A DNA stretch of 63,991 bases, filler included, from an uncultured bacterium (lineage in GTDB: Bacteria; Latescibacterota; UBA2968), in assembly GCA_964471275.1 (NCBI GenBank). It is 4 parts of 4 records of this genome, joined end to end, with 100 filler letters (N's around TTAATTAATTAA, not from the genome) between each part and the next. Parts side by side here need not be neighbours in the genome. Positions count along the whole stretch, not along the records: positions 38,802 to 57,591 come from CAYYGZ010000068.1; 3 more parts are not named here. The stretch is one strand, 5' to 3'. The notes under the pieces were generated by a model, which was given only the letters and a program-made list of their open reading frames with translations, did not search any database and was not told the origin of the DNA. Position 1 is the first letter of the stretch. The number at the start of each line of letters is the position of its first letter. Position numbers and translations under genes: made by a program. This document shows, in pieces, positions 42,702-53,517 of this stretch.

Positions 42702-44648
42702 ATGCCGACAGAAGAACAGTTTCTTCGAGGAACGGATGAGCCAACGGGGGAGCGAATCCAGCTGGCGGCAGGTTCCCTACGGATGTGTTTTGAGCCGGAT
42801 ATCGGATTTCTGCGGTATGTCCGCCTGGGTGACCAGGAAATCCTCAGAGGATTGTATTCCGCTGTGAGAGATCACAATTGGGATACGATTGCGCCCGAAA
42901 TCACGGGTCTGGATGTCAACCTCTCTGAGCAGGCTTTCAAGGTGGTCTTCGATGTGGCGCACGTGGCGCGTGAGATCGATTTTCGGTGGCGAGGCACTAT
43001 CACCGGGGGCCCGGACGGTAGGGTATCGTTCGAGATGGACGGGGAAGCGCACTCGTCCTTCAGTCGGAACCGAATCGGATTCTGCGTGCTGCACTCGCCC
43101 GCAACCGTGGCGGGCAAACCTTGCTCGATCGAGAAGGCAGACGGCACCTTCGATGAGGGGAGATTCCCTGAGGCGATTTCGCCGAACCAGCCCTTCGAGG
43201 ATATCCGAGCGATCCACCACGAAGTTATGCCGGGAGTCACTGCTGAGGTCCGGCTCGAAGGCGATGTGTTCGAGATGGAGGATCAGCGCAACTGGACAGA
43301 CGCATCCTACAAAACCTACTGTACGCCGCTGGCCCTGCCTTTCCCCGTGGAGATCGAGAAGGGGACGAAGGTCTCTCAGAAGGTGACGGTCCGTTTGAGC
43401 GGAACACCCGCTGCGTGTGTAGATTCGGACGGAGAGCCGGTGGTATTGACCGTTAACCCTCAGGACAGCGGACCCCTGCCCGCGATCGGGCTGGGTATGG
43501 CAAGCCACGGGTCAGAGCTCACGCAGCCTGAGATCAGCGAACTGCAGACCATGCACCTGAGCCATCTGCGTGTCGATGTCCGACTGGCGGAGGCGGCCTG
43601 GGAAGCCGTATTGGAGAGAGCGGTCCGAGAGGCGGGTGCGCTGGGCATCGATCTCGAGGTTGCTGCCCACGTGAGCGATGCCGCATCTGCCGAGCTCGAT
43701 TCTCTTGCGGCGGGTCTTGCCGGTCTGGATGTCTCCGTCTGCCGCGTCCTGGTTTATCACGTCGCCGAAGCTGTTGCGGATCGCGAGTGGGTTGATATCG
43801 CTCGCGAAAGGTTGGCAGCGACAGGAGCCGCGATCGTGTCCGGGGCGAACGCGTATTTCACAGAACTCAACCGGAATCGACCTGACGTGGTTGCCCTTGA
43901 CGGGGTCTGCTACTCACTCAACCCTCAGGTGCACGCTTTCGATGATGCGTCTCTGATGGAGACACTGGTCGCCCAGGGCTGGACTGTCGACAGCACACGG
44001 ACCTTCACGGGATCGCTGCCCGTTCACGTAAGCCCCGTGACGCTTTCACCCAGATTCAACCCGAACTCCACGGGCCCGGAGCCGAGTCCCGGGTCCGGTG
44101 AACTTCCCGCTTCCGTGGACAAGAGACAGATGTCTCTACTCGGAGCAGCCTGGACGGTGGGCAGTCTGAAGTATCTGTCGGAGAGCGGGGCGGCGAGTGT
44201 GACCTATTTCGAGACGACCGGATGGAAGGGCGTACTCGAGACGGAGGCCGGTTCTGGAGAACCGTTTCCGGCGCTGCCGTCCGGCGCTTTCCCCCTGGCT
44301 CACGTGTTTACCTGGTTTGGTGGGATGAAGAGTGGTGAGGTCCTGAGGACAGTATCGACCGATCCCTTGCGTGTCGATGGACTGGCGCTTCGTCGTGATC
44401 GCTGGACTCGCCTTCTGATCGCGAATATGTCGTCGAAGAAGCAGTGCGTGCGCGTCAACCTGCCGGGAATGACCGGGTCCGCACGTGTTGAGGCGCTCAA
44501 TGCCGAGACCGTGGAACGAGCGGTATCTGAGCCACGCCGTTTCCGGAGTCGGAAGGATCTCCGGAACATCGAGACGGGCGGCGGCAGTCTCGATGTCGAT
44601 ATCGGGCCCTACTCGGTTCTCTGCGTGAAAGCCCTGATCGGGGAATGA
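42702..44648 (+). CDS. apnL: D-apionate lactonase-like protein
   Basis: GTDEP..LAAG.L..LRYVR..EILRG..AVRDHNW, FEMEDQRNWTDASYKTY..PL, YFTELNR, VHAFDD.SLMETL; cluster context. Confidence 0.7.
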   Translation: MPTEEQFLRGTDEPTGERIQLAAGSLRMCFEPDIGFLRYVRLGDQEILRGLYSAVRDHNWDTIAPEITGLDVNLSEQAFKVVFDVAHVAREIDFRWRGTITGGPDGRVSFEMDGEAHSSFSRNRIGFCVLHSPATVAGKPCSIEKADGTFDEGRFPEAISPNQPFEDIRAIHHEVMPGVTAEVRLEGDVFEMEDQRNWTDASYKTYCTPLALPFPVEIEKGTKVSQKVTVRLSGTPAACVDSDGEPVVLTVNPQDSGPLPAIGLGMASHGSELTQPEISELQTMHLSHLRVDVRLAEAAWEAVLERAVREAGALGIDLEVAAHVSDAASAELDSLAAGLAGLDVSVCRVLVYHVAEAVADREWVDIARERLAATGAAIVSGANAYFTELNRNRPDVVALDGVCYSLNPQVHAFDDASLMETLVAQGWTVDSTRTFTGSLPVHVSPVTLSPRFNPNSTGPEPSPGSGELPASVDKRQMSLLGAAWTVGSLKYLSESGAASVTYFETTGWKGVLETEAGSGEPFPALPSGAFPLAHVFTWFGGMKSGEVLRTVSTDPLRVDGLALRRDRWTRLLIANMSSKKQCVRVNLPGMTGSARVEALNAETVERAVSEPRRFRSRKDLRNIETGGGSLDVDIGPYSVLCVKALIGE

Positions 44649-44930
44649 TTTCGGACCGACTGTGTCTACTCCAGGGGGCGAGTGGCCAGAGGAAGGCCCC
44701 AGGTTTGACGTAAGAAGACTCCCGGAGCGCATTCCTTGCTGAGCCAGTGCCTGAACCGTGTTTCGAATTCAGCGGTTCCTTCAGTGTGGGTCTCTTCTCA
44801 GAAGCGGCGAAACTGTACCAGGCGTTCATCGAAGCTGGCGGCGAGGGCGTAGAATCCACGGATGCTGTTCTCCCGTTACCTGGGGTGTGAGACTGGAGCG
44901 GAGCGACACGGAGGGAACATTAATACAGAG

Positions 44931-46178
44931 ATGAGTGATCGAATCATCGCCAAGTATTGGATTGAGACCCCGTTTCCCGTAGAGCAGGCGGCAGAGGTCG
45001 TCGGCGGGGAGCAGTCGTCGGGTACGTTTGTACGGGTGCCGGGCGAGACCGCTGATCTGAAAGAGCGCTTTCGGGCGAGGGTCGAGACGATCACGCCGCT
45101 GGGTGATGTCGATACTCCCAGCCTGCCGGGTGCTGCCGACCCGGTCGACGGTGTCTACCATCGTGCGGAAGTGACGCTTTCGTTCTCGATCGAGAACATG
45201 GGCACCAATCTACCAACGCTGATCGCGACCATTGCCGGCAATCTGTTCGAACTCCGTGATGTTTCAGGGCTCAGGCTGATCGACATCGATTTGCCGAAAG
45301 CGTTTAAAGAAGCTTACCCCGGTCCACAGTTTGGTATCACGGGGACGCGCAAACTCGCGGGTGTGCAGGATCGTCCGATTATCGGCACGATCGTCAAGCC
45401 CAGCGTGGGGTTGACACCGGAAGCAACTGCCGATCTGGTCCGGGATCTTGCCAGCGCGGATATCGATTTTGTGAAGGATGACGAGTTGATGGCCAATGCA
45501 CCCCATTCGCCGATCAAGGATCGTGTCGAGAAGGTGATGGCGGTCGTCAACACGGCAGCAGAGAGATCAGGGAAGAAGGTGATGTTCGCGTTCAACATTA
45601 CCGACGAGCTGGATGCGATGCTGGCGCATCACGATCTTGTGAGGGCAGCCGGGGGCACGTGTGTGATGGTCAGCCTGAACAGCATCGGTCCCGTCGCCCT
45701 TGCCCATTTGCGGAAGCATTGTGCGCTGCCGATCCACGGGCATCGGAACGGCTGGGGGATGTATACCCGATCGCCTCATCTCGGGATCGGGTTTCGCGCA
45801 TACCAGAAGATCTGGCGACTTGCAGGTGTGGATCATCTTCACGTAAACGGGCTGCAGAATAAGTTCTGGGAGCCCGACGATTCGGTCGTGAGGTCGATTC
45901 AAGCGTGCTTCGAGCCGTTCCTGGGAGGCTATCCCGCAATGCCAGTCATCTCGTCAGGGCAGACAGGCCTGCAGGCGCCCGAGACGTATGCTCGGATCAA
46001 GAGTGTCGATGTGATGTTTTTGGCAGGCGGCGGAATGATGGCACATCCGGGTGGACCTCCTGCAGGGAACAAGGCTCTGAGACAATGCTGGGAAGCGGCA
46101 GTAGCGGGGATTCCGCTCGTGGATTACGCGAAGGACCACACGGAATTGGCGCAGTCTCTGGAGAAGTTCGGTAGCTAG
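44931..46178 (+). CDS. RuBisCO-like protein (form IV), probable 3-oxo-isoapionate-4-phosphate transcarboxylase/hydrolase or decarboxylase (OiaT/OiaX type)
   Basis: GEQSSGTF, GNLFEL, GTIVKPSVG, DFVKDDE, HGHRNG, SSGQ, GGG..HPGG; no small subunit; co-located with apnL, oiaK and apnO. Confidence 0.85.
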   Translation: MSDRIIAKYWIETPFPVEQAAEVVGGEQSSGTFVRVPGETADLKERFRARVETITPLGDVDTPSLPGAADPVDGVYHRAEVTLSFSIENMGTNLPTLIATIAGNLFELRDVSGLRLIDIDLPKAFKEAYPGPQFGITGTRKLAGVQDRPIIGTIVKPSVGLTPEATADLVRDLASADIDFVKDDELMANAPHSPIKDRVEKVMAVVNTAAERSGKKVMFAFNITDELDAMLAHHDLVRAAGGTCVMVSLNSIGPVALAHLRKHCALPIHGHRNGWGMYTRSPHLGIGFRAYQKIWRLAGVDHLHVNGLQNKFWEPDDSVVRSIQACFEPFLGGYPAMPVISSGQTGLQAPETYARIKSVDVMFLAGGGMMAHPGGPPAGNKALRQCWEAAVAGIPLVDYAKDHTELAQSLEKFGS

Positions 46179-46194
46179 GGTGGCGTGGCTGTCA

Positions 46195-46299
46195 GAGCCC
46201 TCACCTGGTTGGCTGCGCCAACCGGTCCTCTCCCGCGAGCAGGAAAGGACACCTCGGTGTTAAGGAGACGTTCGTGATTTGAATCCGGGTGAGGGCTTG
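46195..46299. repeat. REP/MITE-like element bounded by inverted repeats
   Basis: GAGCCCTCACCTGG ... CCGGGTGAGGGCTT with internal CCTCTCCCGC; shares CCCTCACC..CTCTCCCG with the 3932 element. Confidence 0.5.
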
Positions 46300-46359
46300 A
46301 GCGACACCAGATGACTTGGGTAGATCGGTAGCAGTGTCCATTCGTTGAGAAAGAGTGAT

Positions 46360-47784
46360 ATGGCAGAGGTCGAAAGATGGGATGTGTTCGAGCTGCGGCT
46401 CGAAGGTCCGACCGATGGGAATCCGTATGTCGATGTCGCCTTTGGGGCTGTCTTCAGCCAGGGACACCGGCGGATCTCTGTGGACGGGTTCTACGATGGC
46501 GAGGGGCAGTATATCGTGCGACACATGCCGGATACCGAAGGGGAATGGTCTTACGAGACCGTGAGCGATCGGTCCGAGTTGGGGGGAGAATCGGGGAGCT
46601 TTGTGTGCACGCCGACCGGCGAAGGCAACCACGGTCCGGTACGTGTGCACAACCGATTCCATTTTGCCCACGAAGACGGCGCGCCACATCAGCCCTTCGG
46701 GACGACGTGCTATGTGTGGAATCACCAGGGAGATGCCCTCGAGGAGCAAACCCTCAAGACACTGGCTGAATCCCCGTTCAACAAGATCCGGATGTGTGTG
46801 TTCCCGAAGCACTACTCCTACAATCGAAACGAACCGGAATACCATCCCTTCGAGGGGTCGCTCGAGGGCGGGTGGGATTACGAGCGGTTCAACCCGGAGT
46901 TCTGGCAGCATCTCGAGCGGAGAGTCGGGGACCTGAGGGCACTGGGCATCGAGGCGGATCTGATCCTGTTCCACGGGTATGATCGGTGGGGGTATGCGGA
47001 GATGGATTCGGATACCGATGATCGGTACCTGCGCTACGTGGTCGCTAGGCTGGCAGCCTACCGGAATGTCTGGTGGTCTTTTGCGAATGAATACGATCTC
47101 ATGAAGGCGAAGACCGAGGCAGATTGGGATCGCTATTTCCGGATTGTGCAGGAGAAAGATCCTGTTCAGCATCTGAGAGGGATTCACAACTGTCGTGCCT
47201 TCTACGATCACGGCAAGCCCTGGATAACGCATAGCAGTATCCAGCGTCCCGAACCGAGTATGTCGAAGGAGTGGCGCCGCCAGTACGGCAAACTGGTTGT
47301 GGTCGACGAGTGCAGATACGAGGGTAATATTCATCAGAGGTGGGGGAGCATCACGGCGAAGGGCATGGTTAGGCGATTCTGGGATGGGGTCACGTCCGGC
47401 GGCTATGTGGGGCACGGCGAAACCTATGTCGATCCGGACGAAATCCTATGGTGGTCGAAAGGCGGTGTGCTCCACGGCGATAGTGCGCCCCGCATCCAGT
47501 TCTTGAGGGACATTGTCGAGTCGGGTCCACACGGTCTGGATCCGCAGGGAATCGGGAGTGTAGCGAGTGTGGCTGGCGTAGCTGGAGAATTCTATCTCGG
47601 CTACACGGGTGACTCGCAATCCGTGCAGAAGGAACTCAAGCTGCCTGAGGACTTTGCCTTCTCGGTGGAAGTCATCGATACGTGGGAAATGACGATCACG
47701 AAACTGGAAGGTACCTACAGCGGCTCCTGTGTTGTGCATCTACCAGGCAAGCCGTATATCGCGCTCCGGATTCAACGCATCTAG
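46360..47784 (+). CDS. DUF5060-DUF4038-DUF5605 apiosidase-like glycoside hydrolase
   Basis: [63 protein letters not shown]. Confidence 0.8.
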   Translation: MAEVERWDVFELRLEGPTDGNPYVDVAFGAVFSQGHRRISVDGFYDGEGQYIVRHMPDTEGEWSYETVSDRSELGGESGSFVCTPTGEGNHGPVRVHNRFHFAHEDGAPHQPFGTTCYVWNHQGDALEEQTLKTLAESPFNKIRMCVFPKHYSYNRNEPEYHPFEGSLEGGWDYERFNPEFWQHLERRVGDLRALGIEADLILFHGYDRWGYAEMDSDTDDRYLRYVVARLAAYRNVWWSFANEYDLMKAKTEADWDRYFRIVQEKDPVQHLRGIHNCRAFYDHGKPWITHSSIQRPEPSMSKEWRRQYGKLVVVDECRYEGNIHQRWGSITAKGMVRRFWDGVTSGGYVGHGETYVDPDEILWWSKGGVLHGDSAPRIQFLRDIVESGPHGLDPQGIGSVASVAGVAGEFYLGYTGDSQSVQKELKLPEDFAFSVEVIDTWEMTITKLEGTYSGSCVVHLPGKPYIALRIQRI

Positions 47785-47811
47785 CACCGCCTCGCCGAAT
47801 GGAGAGTTTGT

Positions 47812-48753
47812 ATGGAGTTTTCCCGCATATCGGATGAGTGGCGCAAGTCGAGACTGTTACCTGCGGATGGGCAGCTCAGGGCCGTTCTGGACACGGACAC
47901 TTACAACGAAGTCGACGATCAGTTCGCCGTCGTCCACACGCTTCTTTCACCCGACCGGATCTCGCTCGAAGCCATCTGCGCCGCTCCATTTCACAACAAC
48001 CGATCCGGTGGCCCGGCGGATGGTATGGAGAAGAGCTACGAGGAGATCATCAGACTGCTCGAGCGGTTGGGGATCTCTGAGCGCAATCGCGTGCACAGAG
48101 GGTCGACAGCATACCTCCCTTCTCGAACAGAGGCTGTCAAGAGTGAAGCTGCCGAATTCATTGTCGAGCAGTCCAAAACAGGAGACGGTCCCCTGTATGT
48201 GCTGGCGATCGGGGCGATCACAAACGTAGCCTCCGCGCTCCTGCTGGACCCTGAACTGACCAAGAGGATTGTCGTCGTCTGGTTGGGCGGACAACCGCGT
48301 CACTGGCCGAGTGCGTGGGAATTCAACTTGAAGCAGGATGTTCCCGCAGCCCAGGTGATCCTCGATTCCGGCGTACCGTTTGTTCAGATTCCGTGCGCAG
48401 GTGTCGCCTCTCATCTCCTAACGACGATTTCCGAAATGGAGACTTATGTAAGGCCTCAAGGAGACATCGGGCAGTTTCTGTTTGAGATGTTCGAAACCTA
48501 CAGGAAAGATCAGTACGCTCGGTCGAAGGAGATCTGGGATATCTCGGGTACCGCCTACCTGATCGATCCGTCCTGGGTGCCATCGCATATCGTCTCGAGC
48601 CCGATTCTGACCGATCGGGTGACCTGGTCCACGGACGAAAGCCGTCACTCGGTTCGGATCGCCCACTCGGTGAAACGGGACCCAATCTTTGGTGATCTGT
48701 TCAGGAAGATGGAACAGTTTGCCAACGGCGATCTTGAGCCGTCCTGGAAATAG
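47812..48753 (+). CDS. Inosine-uridine nucleoside hydrolase-fold protein
   Basis: DTDTYNEVDDQFA (DxDxxxDD), IGAITNVASA, EFNL, IWD. Confidence 0.85.
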   Translation: MEFSRISDEWRKSRLLPADGQLRAVLDTDTYNEVDDQFAVVHTLLSPDRISLEAICAAPFHNNRSGGPADGMEKSYEEIIRLLERLGISERNRVHRGSTAYLPSRTEAVKSEAAEFIVEQSKTGDGPLYVLAIGAITNVASALLLDPELTKRIVVVWLGGQPRHWPSAWEFNLKQDVPAAQVILDSGVPFVQIPCAGVASHLLTTISEMETYVRPQGDIGQFLFEMFETYRKDQYARSKEIWDISGTAYLIDPSWVPSHIVSSPILTDRVTWSTDESRHSVRIAHSVKRDPIFGDLFRKMEQFANGDLEPSWK

Positions 48754-48794
48754 GCGCATGAGAGACCCAGACGGAGTTGCGGCCCGCCTCCGAT

Positions 48795-49200
48795 CGTTGA
48801 GGCGGGTAGCAGACAATCCACTCCTGACGGTGGCAGGGACATCGGACTGGCTACGGCACCCGCACCTAAGGGCCCGTGGCGAATGCACAGCGATCCCGTG
48901 CTGCGCATCGATGCGTGCCCGGCCGTAACAGGTCATCTGAGTTCGCCTGAGATCATCTATCACAGGGATCGCTTCATTCTCTACTACCACGGCAACTGCC
49001 CCGGCGAGGTGCTGGCCGAACAGAACCGCCGGGTGCCGACCCACTCCTATCACCGTATCCAGAACTCGGGTGCGGCGACCTCATCGGATGGCGTTCACTT
49101 TGATGTGCATGCCGAGACGCTGCTCCTGCCCATCACAACTCCAGACCACTGGCGAGCAGCTACGAACGTGTATCTGCGAGTCATCGCGACGGAGGGACCA
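48795..49200 (+). pseudogene. Degraded beta-propeller glycoside hydrolase fragment
   Basis: RVADNPLL; HLSSPEI..ILYYHG..ATSSDGVHF..YLRV, resembling motifs in 7216-8151. Confidence 0.45.
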
Positions 49201-49364
49201 GGTGATTTCGGGCTTCCGGCGCAATCATCTGTGGTCCGAGATTCGGAGCTCTCACCAAGCCTACACACGGGTGGCCCGTTTCTGTCTCTTTGAGGTCGGC
49301 CTTCCGGACAGTGGAGCAAATGACGAAACAGACCGGGAGGCGCTACGAGACAAGATTAGGATGC

Positions 49365-50573
49365 GTGAGCAGTAAGCCGGTTCACGATGGGGTAGATTCA
49401 GAGAACGACCAGAATCGACGTCTTCTGATATTTGCATTCGTGTCACAGCTGGCGGGGTGGACGGGCGCGGCGCTGTTTATACCGATGATTCCGCTATATC
49501 TGAGGCATTTGAAGGCCACTGATGCCGAGATTGGGTATTACAGCGCCGCCACGTTGATATCCTTATCCCTTGGGCCCGTGCTGATTGGTTGGCTGAGCGA
49601 CAGATGGCACGTCAGGGATCGGCTCGTTGTCGCGTGCTATGCGCTGCAGGTGCCGACCGCTTACTGCATGGGACAGACGGACAGCCTGGTAGTCGCGTGT
49701 CTTCTGAACGTGGGCCTGTGGACGTTTGGTGCCAGTTCGGTCAATCTGGCGCGGGCGATTGTCGCGCTGAACTATTCTGCCTCTGATCGGAACAGCGCTT
49801 TCGCAAAGCTGGCGATCACCTCACCTATTGCCTTCGTCGTGGGTGGTTTTGCGGGTGGGCGAATCGTAGAAGCGTGGGGATACCCGGTGCTTTTCGAGAC
49901 TGCAGCGGTCTGCTGGTTCCTGGCGCTGGTAGCAGGACTCGGACTGAAGGATCGATATGTTGTAGAGCCAGTCTCAGAGCCCGAGACTGTCGCCGTCAGC
50001 CGACCACTCATTCTGTTCTGTGTCGCGATTCTCCTCCAGTCGGTGGCCTTCCAGTGGTCGGAGATCGCACTGCCGCTGCGGCTGAATGATCTGGGCTTTT
50101 CGCTGCCGTTCATCACGTCGATGTACTCGGTTTCGAGCCTGGTTAGCATCCCGTTTGTGATTCTGGCCGGTCGGCACGCCCACAGGATCGGGAACCTGAA
50201 TCTGCTTATCGGTGGCGTCGTCGTGTTCGCCGTCAGTCGGTTTGCCATCAGTGTGTTCGAGACAGAGGCGCAGATCATCGGTGCTCAGATCGTGACGGGA
50301 GTCCCGGCGGCCTTTGCGCACAGCATCGCTGCCGCTATCATCGCGAATCTCGGGCCGGAACGTACCGTTGGCAGTCGTATGTCGCTGCTGATGATGAGTA
50401 GCGGCGTGGGAGGCGCGATCGGTAGTGCCATTGGCGGACACCTGCTTGCGGCGTTCGAACCGGCAGGACTACTGGTGTGCGCCGGATTCGGTCTGTCGGC
50501 TGCCGCTATCTTCGTGCGTGTCTTCATCGTGGATCCGAACACATTGACCCGGGAGCGCTCACCTGATGTCTAG
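49365..50573 (+). CDS. MFS transporter
   Basis: About 12 TM segments; motif A GWLSDRW; start uncertain. Confidence 0.85.
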   Translation: MSSKPVHDGVDSENDQNRRLLIFAFVSQLAGWTGAALFIPMIPLYLRHLKATDAEIGYYSAATLISLSLGPVLIGWLSDRWHVRDRLVVACYALQVPTAYCMGQTDSLVVACLLNVGLWTFGASSVNLARAIVALNYSASDRNSAFAKLAITSPIAFVVGGFAGGRIVEAWGYPVLFETAAVCWFLALVAGLGLKDRYVVEPVSEPETVAVSRPLILFCVAILLQSVAFQWSEIALPLRLNDLGFSLPFITSMYSVSSLVSIPFVILAGRHAHRIGNLNLLIGGVVVFAVSRFAISVFETEAQIIGAQIVTGVPAAFAHSIAAAIIANLGPERTVGSRMSLLMMSSGVGGAIGSAIGGHLLAAFEPAGLLVCAGFGLSAAAIFVRVFIVDPNTLTRERSPDV

Positions 50574-50599
50574 AGTGAGATGCGCGGAAAGGCAAGGGA

Positions 50600-52081
50600 A
50601 TGGCTGACTTGAATAACAAGCAGAACATCCTTCTGATTCTGACTGACCAACAGCGATGGGATTCGCTGGGCTGCACCGGTACGCCGGGTGTGCACACGCC
50701 GATCCTCGATCGACTGGCCTCAGAAGGAACACGTTACGATCGCTGCTATGTCAACGGGACGATCTGCACGCCCAGTCGCGCGAGTCTGTGGACGGGCAAA
50801 CATCTGCCGGGGCACGGTGTCTACGCACTCCATGATTGTCTGCCAGAGGACGAGGTGCTCTTCCCCAAACGACTCCAAACGGTCGGATACGAAACCGCGC
50901 TGTTCGGCAAGCTGCACGTGTCCGGTCATTATCGCGAGGCGGAACGGCGTCACCCAAACGACGGCTTTGACCTTTACGAATGGGCATCCGATCCGTCCGG
51001 TCCCTGGGGAATCGACAATGCCTACCTCCAATGGCTGGAGAAGCGGGATCCGGAGTTGCGCGAGGTTTTCCGCGAGAAGGGCAACCGCGTCGGGCACATT
51101 CCCATCGATTCGCACATGACGACCTGGGCTGCAGAGCGCACGATCGATTATCTCAGCGGCAAGACCGATTCATCCGCCCCGTTCTTCTGCTGTATGAGCG
51201 TCTTTGATCCCCATTCACCCTACACGAACTACCCGGAGATCATGGCTGAACTGATCGATTCCGGTGCGCTTCCTCCGGTTGTCGCGGCTGACCAATCGCT
51301 TGAAGGGCGTCCGATCGCTCACGAGATGGAGCTGCGGTGGGGAACGAAGGTGCCGGATTCAGAGACACTCGCAGCCTGGCGAGTCGGATATCACGCCGCC
51401 ATCACGCTGATCGATACGCAGGTTGGTCTTGTGCTGGACGTGCTGGAGTCTCAGGGACTGAGGGACAATACGCTGGTGATCTTTACAAGCGATCACGGTG
51501 ATATGATGGGCGATCACGGTTTGATGACCAAGGGCGCCTATTTCTACGATGCCTGTACCCGTGTTCCGATGGTCGTTCGGAATCCCGACAGTACAGGCGA
51601 TGGCGTCGTTTCGGCCCCGTGTCAGCTGCACGACATCGCGGGTACGTGTCTCCGCGCGGCAGGTCAGGGCGACGACGAAATCGCCGAATGGTCCCCTGAC
51701 GGGGTCGGGCTTCTGGATCTCGCTGGACTTCAGGAACGGAACCGCGCCGCCTGTCTCTACCGGAACAGCGGGAGCTGCAGCAAGCCGGAGTCCGGCTATC
51801 GGGGATACTTCGATCCGCCGATCTACGGTACCATGTGGTTCGAACCTCCCTACAAGATGAACCTGTTCAACAGTTCCGGGCCGGATGAGGATCATCCGCA
51901 CGGCGAGCTGTACGATCTCGAGAGTGATCCACAGGAGATGGAGAGTCTCTGGGAGGACCCAGAGGCTTCCAGGGTTCGGGCCCGGATGGTCCTTCGGTCG
52001 ATGGACTGGCTTACGGAAGAGGACATCAACGGCCGGATCCGAGGCGAGGGAGCGCGGCCGGCCGGGTTCCTGGGAGCGTGA
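50600..52081 (+). CDS. Sulfatase (S1 family)
   Basis: TDQQRWD, ICTPSRASLWTG, GKLH, DPHSP, TSDHGD. Confidence 0.92.
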   Translation: MADLNNKQNILLILTDQQRWDSLGCTGTPGVHTPILDRLASEGTRYDRCYVNGTICTPSRASLWTGKHLPGHGVYALHDCLPEDEVLFPKRLQTVGYETALFGKLHVSGHYREAERRHPNDGFDLYEWASDPSGPWGIDNAYLQWLEKRDPELREVFREKGNRVGHIPIDSHMTTWAAERTIDYLSGKTDSSAPFFCCMSVFDPHSPYTNYPEIMAELIDSGALPPVVAADQSLEGRPIAHEMELRWGTKVPDSETLAAWRVGYHAAITLIDTQVGLVLDVLESQGLRDNTLVIFTSDHGDMMGDHGLMTKGAYFYDACTRVPMVVRNPDSTGDGVVSAPCQLHDIAGTCLRAAGQGDDEIAEWSPDGVGLLDLAGLQERNRAACLYRNSGSCSKPESGYRGYFDPPIYGTMWFEPPYKMNLFNSSGPDEDHPHGELYDLESDPQEMESLWEDPEASRVRARMVLRSMDWLTEEDINGRIRGEGARPAGFLGA

Positions 52082-52082
52082 G

Positions 52083-53456
52083 GTGAACGATCGAGGGCTG
52101 CTAATCAGCTACTACGGCGACGATTTTACTGGCTCTACCGACGTGATGGAGTCGCTCACATTCGCCGGACTGAGGACCGTGTTGTTCCTTGATGCGCCCA
52201 CGAAGGAGCAGGTAGACGCGCTTGGTGATGTCCGGGCAATCGGTGTGGCAGGACGAACGCGTTCCCTGCCCCCGGATGCTGCCGAGGCAGAGCTCAAGCC
52301 CGTGTTCGAAGCGTTTCGAGATCTAGCCACTCCGATTGTTCACTACAAGACCTGCTCAACATTTGATTCTTCGCCCGACATTGGCAGTATCGGTCGTGCA
52401 ATTGATGTTGGCTGCCAGGTATTCAGACCTGCGTATGTGCCCCTGGTTGTTGGGGCCCCGATTCTCCGCCGCTATTGTGTGTTCGGCAATGTTTTCGCCT
52501 CGAGCGGTTTGGACAGCGAGGTCTTCCGGCTTGACCGCCATCCGACGATGTATCAGCATCCGATCACGCCTATGGGTGAGGCCGATATTCGGCTTCACCT
52601 GGCGAAACAGACGGCGCGGACGACGGGTCTCGTCGATCTGTTTCAGCTGGATTATGCGCCAAGCCGAATCGCGTCCCTGGTGTCGGAGGGACACGAGATC
52701 GTGCTGTTCGATACGGTAACGGACTCGGATCTGCCCAAAGTGGGAAAGGTGATCTGGGACGGTCGTGATCGGTGCGGGTTTATGGCCGGGTCATCCGGAG
52801 CGGAGTACGCTCTGGTCTCCCACTGGCGAGCGTCCGGTGAATTGGGTGAAGGCGAGACTTACAAGGTAGCCCGTGTGGATCAGATTGCAGTCGCATCGGG
52901 AAGCTGTTCGCCGGTTACGGCAGATCAGATTGGCTGGGCGGAACGCGAGGGATTCGTCCTGATCGATCTGGCAACCGAGAAGCTTGTTGGGCCGGCGGCA
53001 ATGGCGGAGATCGAGCGTTGCCTGGAACCGGCGTGTTCAGCAATCGCAGACGGCAAATCGGTGATCATTCACAGTGGACGGGGTCCCGACGATCCACGCA
53101 TCGCCAGTACGCTGGCAGCACTCGGCGGCACCGGTGCGTCGGAGGACGAGGCCCGATCACAGACTGCTGAACGGATCGGGTCCCGGCTCGGAGACCTGCT
53201 CCGTATCCTGGTCGAGAGAACGGGCCTGCGCCGCGTGGCAACAACGGGCGGAGACACATCTTACTACGTGGCAAGAGGGCTCGGTGTGACTGCGCTGGAG
53301 GCCATCGCACTGATGGCTCCTGGGTCGCCTCTGTGTCGTGTGATTGCACCGGGATCAAGAGTCGACGGGTGCGAGGTGACGTTCAAAGGCGGGCAAGTCG
53401 GGAATGCAGGATTCTTTGGTGAGGTGCTGTCCGGGGGGGAGTGCTGGAGCGACTGA
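52083..53456 (+). CDS. oiaK: Four-carbon acid sugar kinase (DUF1537), 3-oxo-isoapionate kinase-like
   Basis: YYGDDFTGSTD, YKTCSTFDSSP..GSIG, LDRHPTM..HP.TPM.EAD, SGSCS, GGDTS, KGGQVG. Confidence 0.75.
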   Translation: MNDRGLLISYYGDDFTGSTDVMESLTFAGLRTVLFLDAPTKEQVDALGDVRAIGVAGRTRSLPPDAAEAELKPVFEAFRDLATPIVHYKTCSTFDSSPDIGSIGRAIDVGCQVFRPAYVPLVVGAPILRRYCVFGNVFASSGLDSEVFRLDRHPTMYQHPITPMGEADIRLHLAKQTARTTGLVDLFQLDYAPSRIASLVSEGHEIVLFDTVTDSDLPKVGKVIWDGRDRCGFMAGSSGAEYALVSHWRASGELGEGETYKVARVDQIAVASGSCSPVTADQIGWAEREGFVLIDLATEKLVGPAAMAEIERCLEPACSAIADGKSVIIHSGRGPDDPRIASTLAALGGTGASEDEARSQTAERIGSRLGDLLRILVERTGLRRVATTGGDTSYYVARGLGVTALEAIALMAPGSPLCRVIAPGSRVDGCEVTFKGGQVGNAGFFGEVLSGGECWSD

Positions 53457-53517
53457 AGCCTCAGCAGCAGCTGGCATATCTGAAGACTAAGCTGGAACGC
53501 AGGAGAAAGGAGAGGTG

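Noticed and set aside
44931..46178. Autotrophic CO2 fixation by RuBisCO
   Set aside because: Form IV features, no small subunit or phosphoribulokinase in the window, and a catabolic gene context
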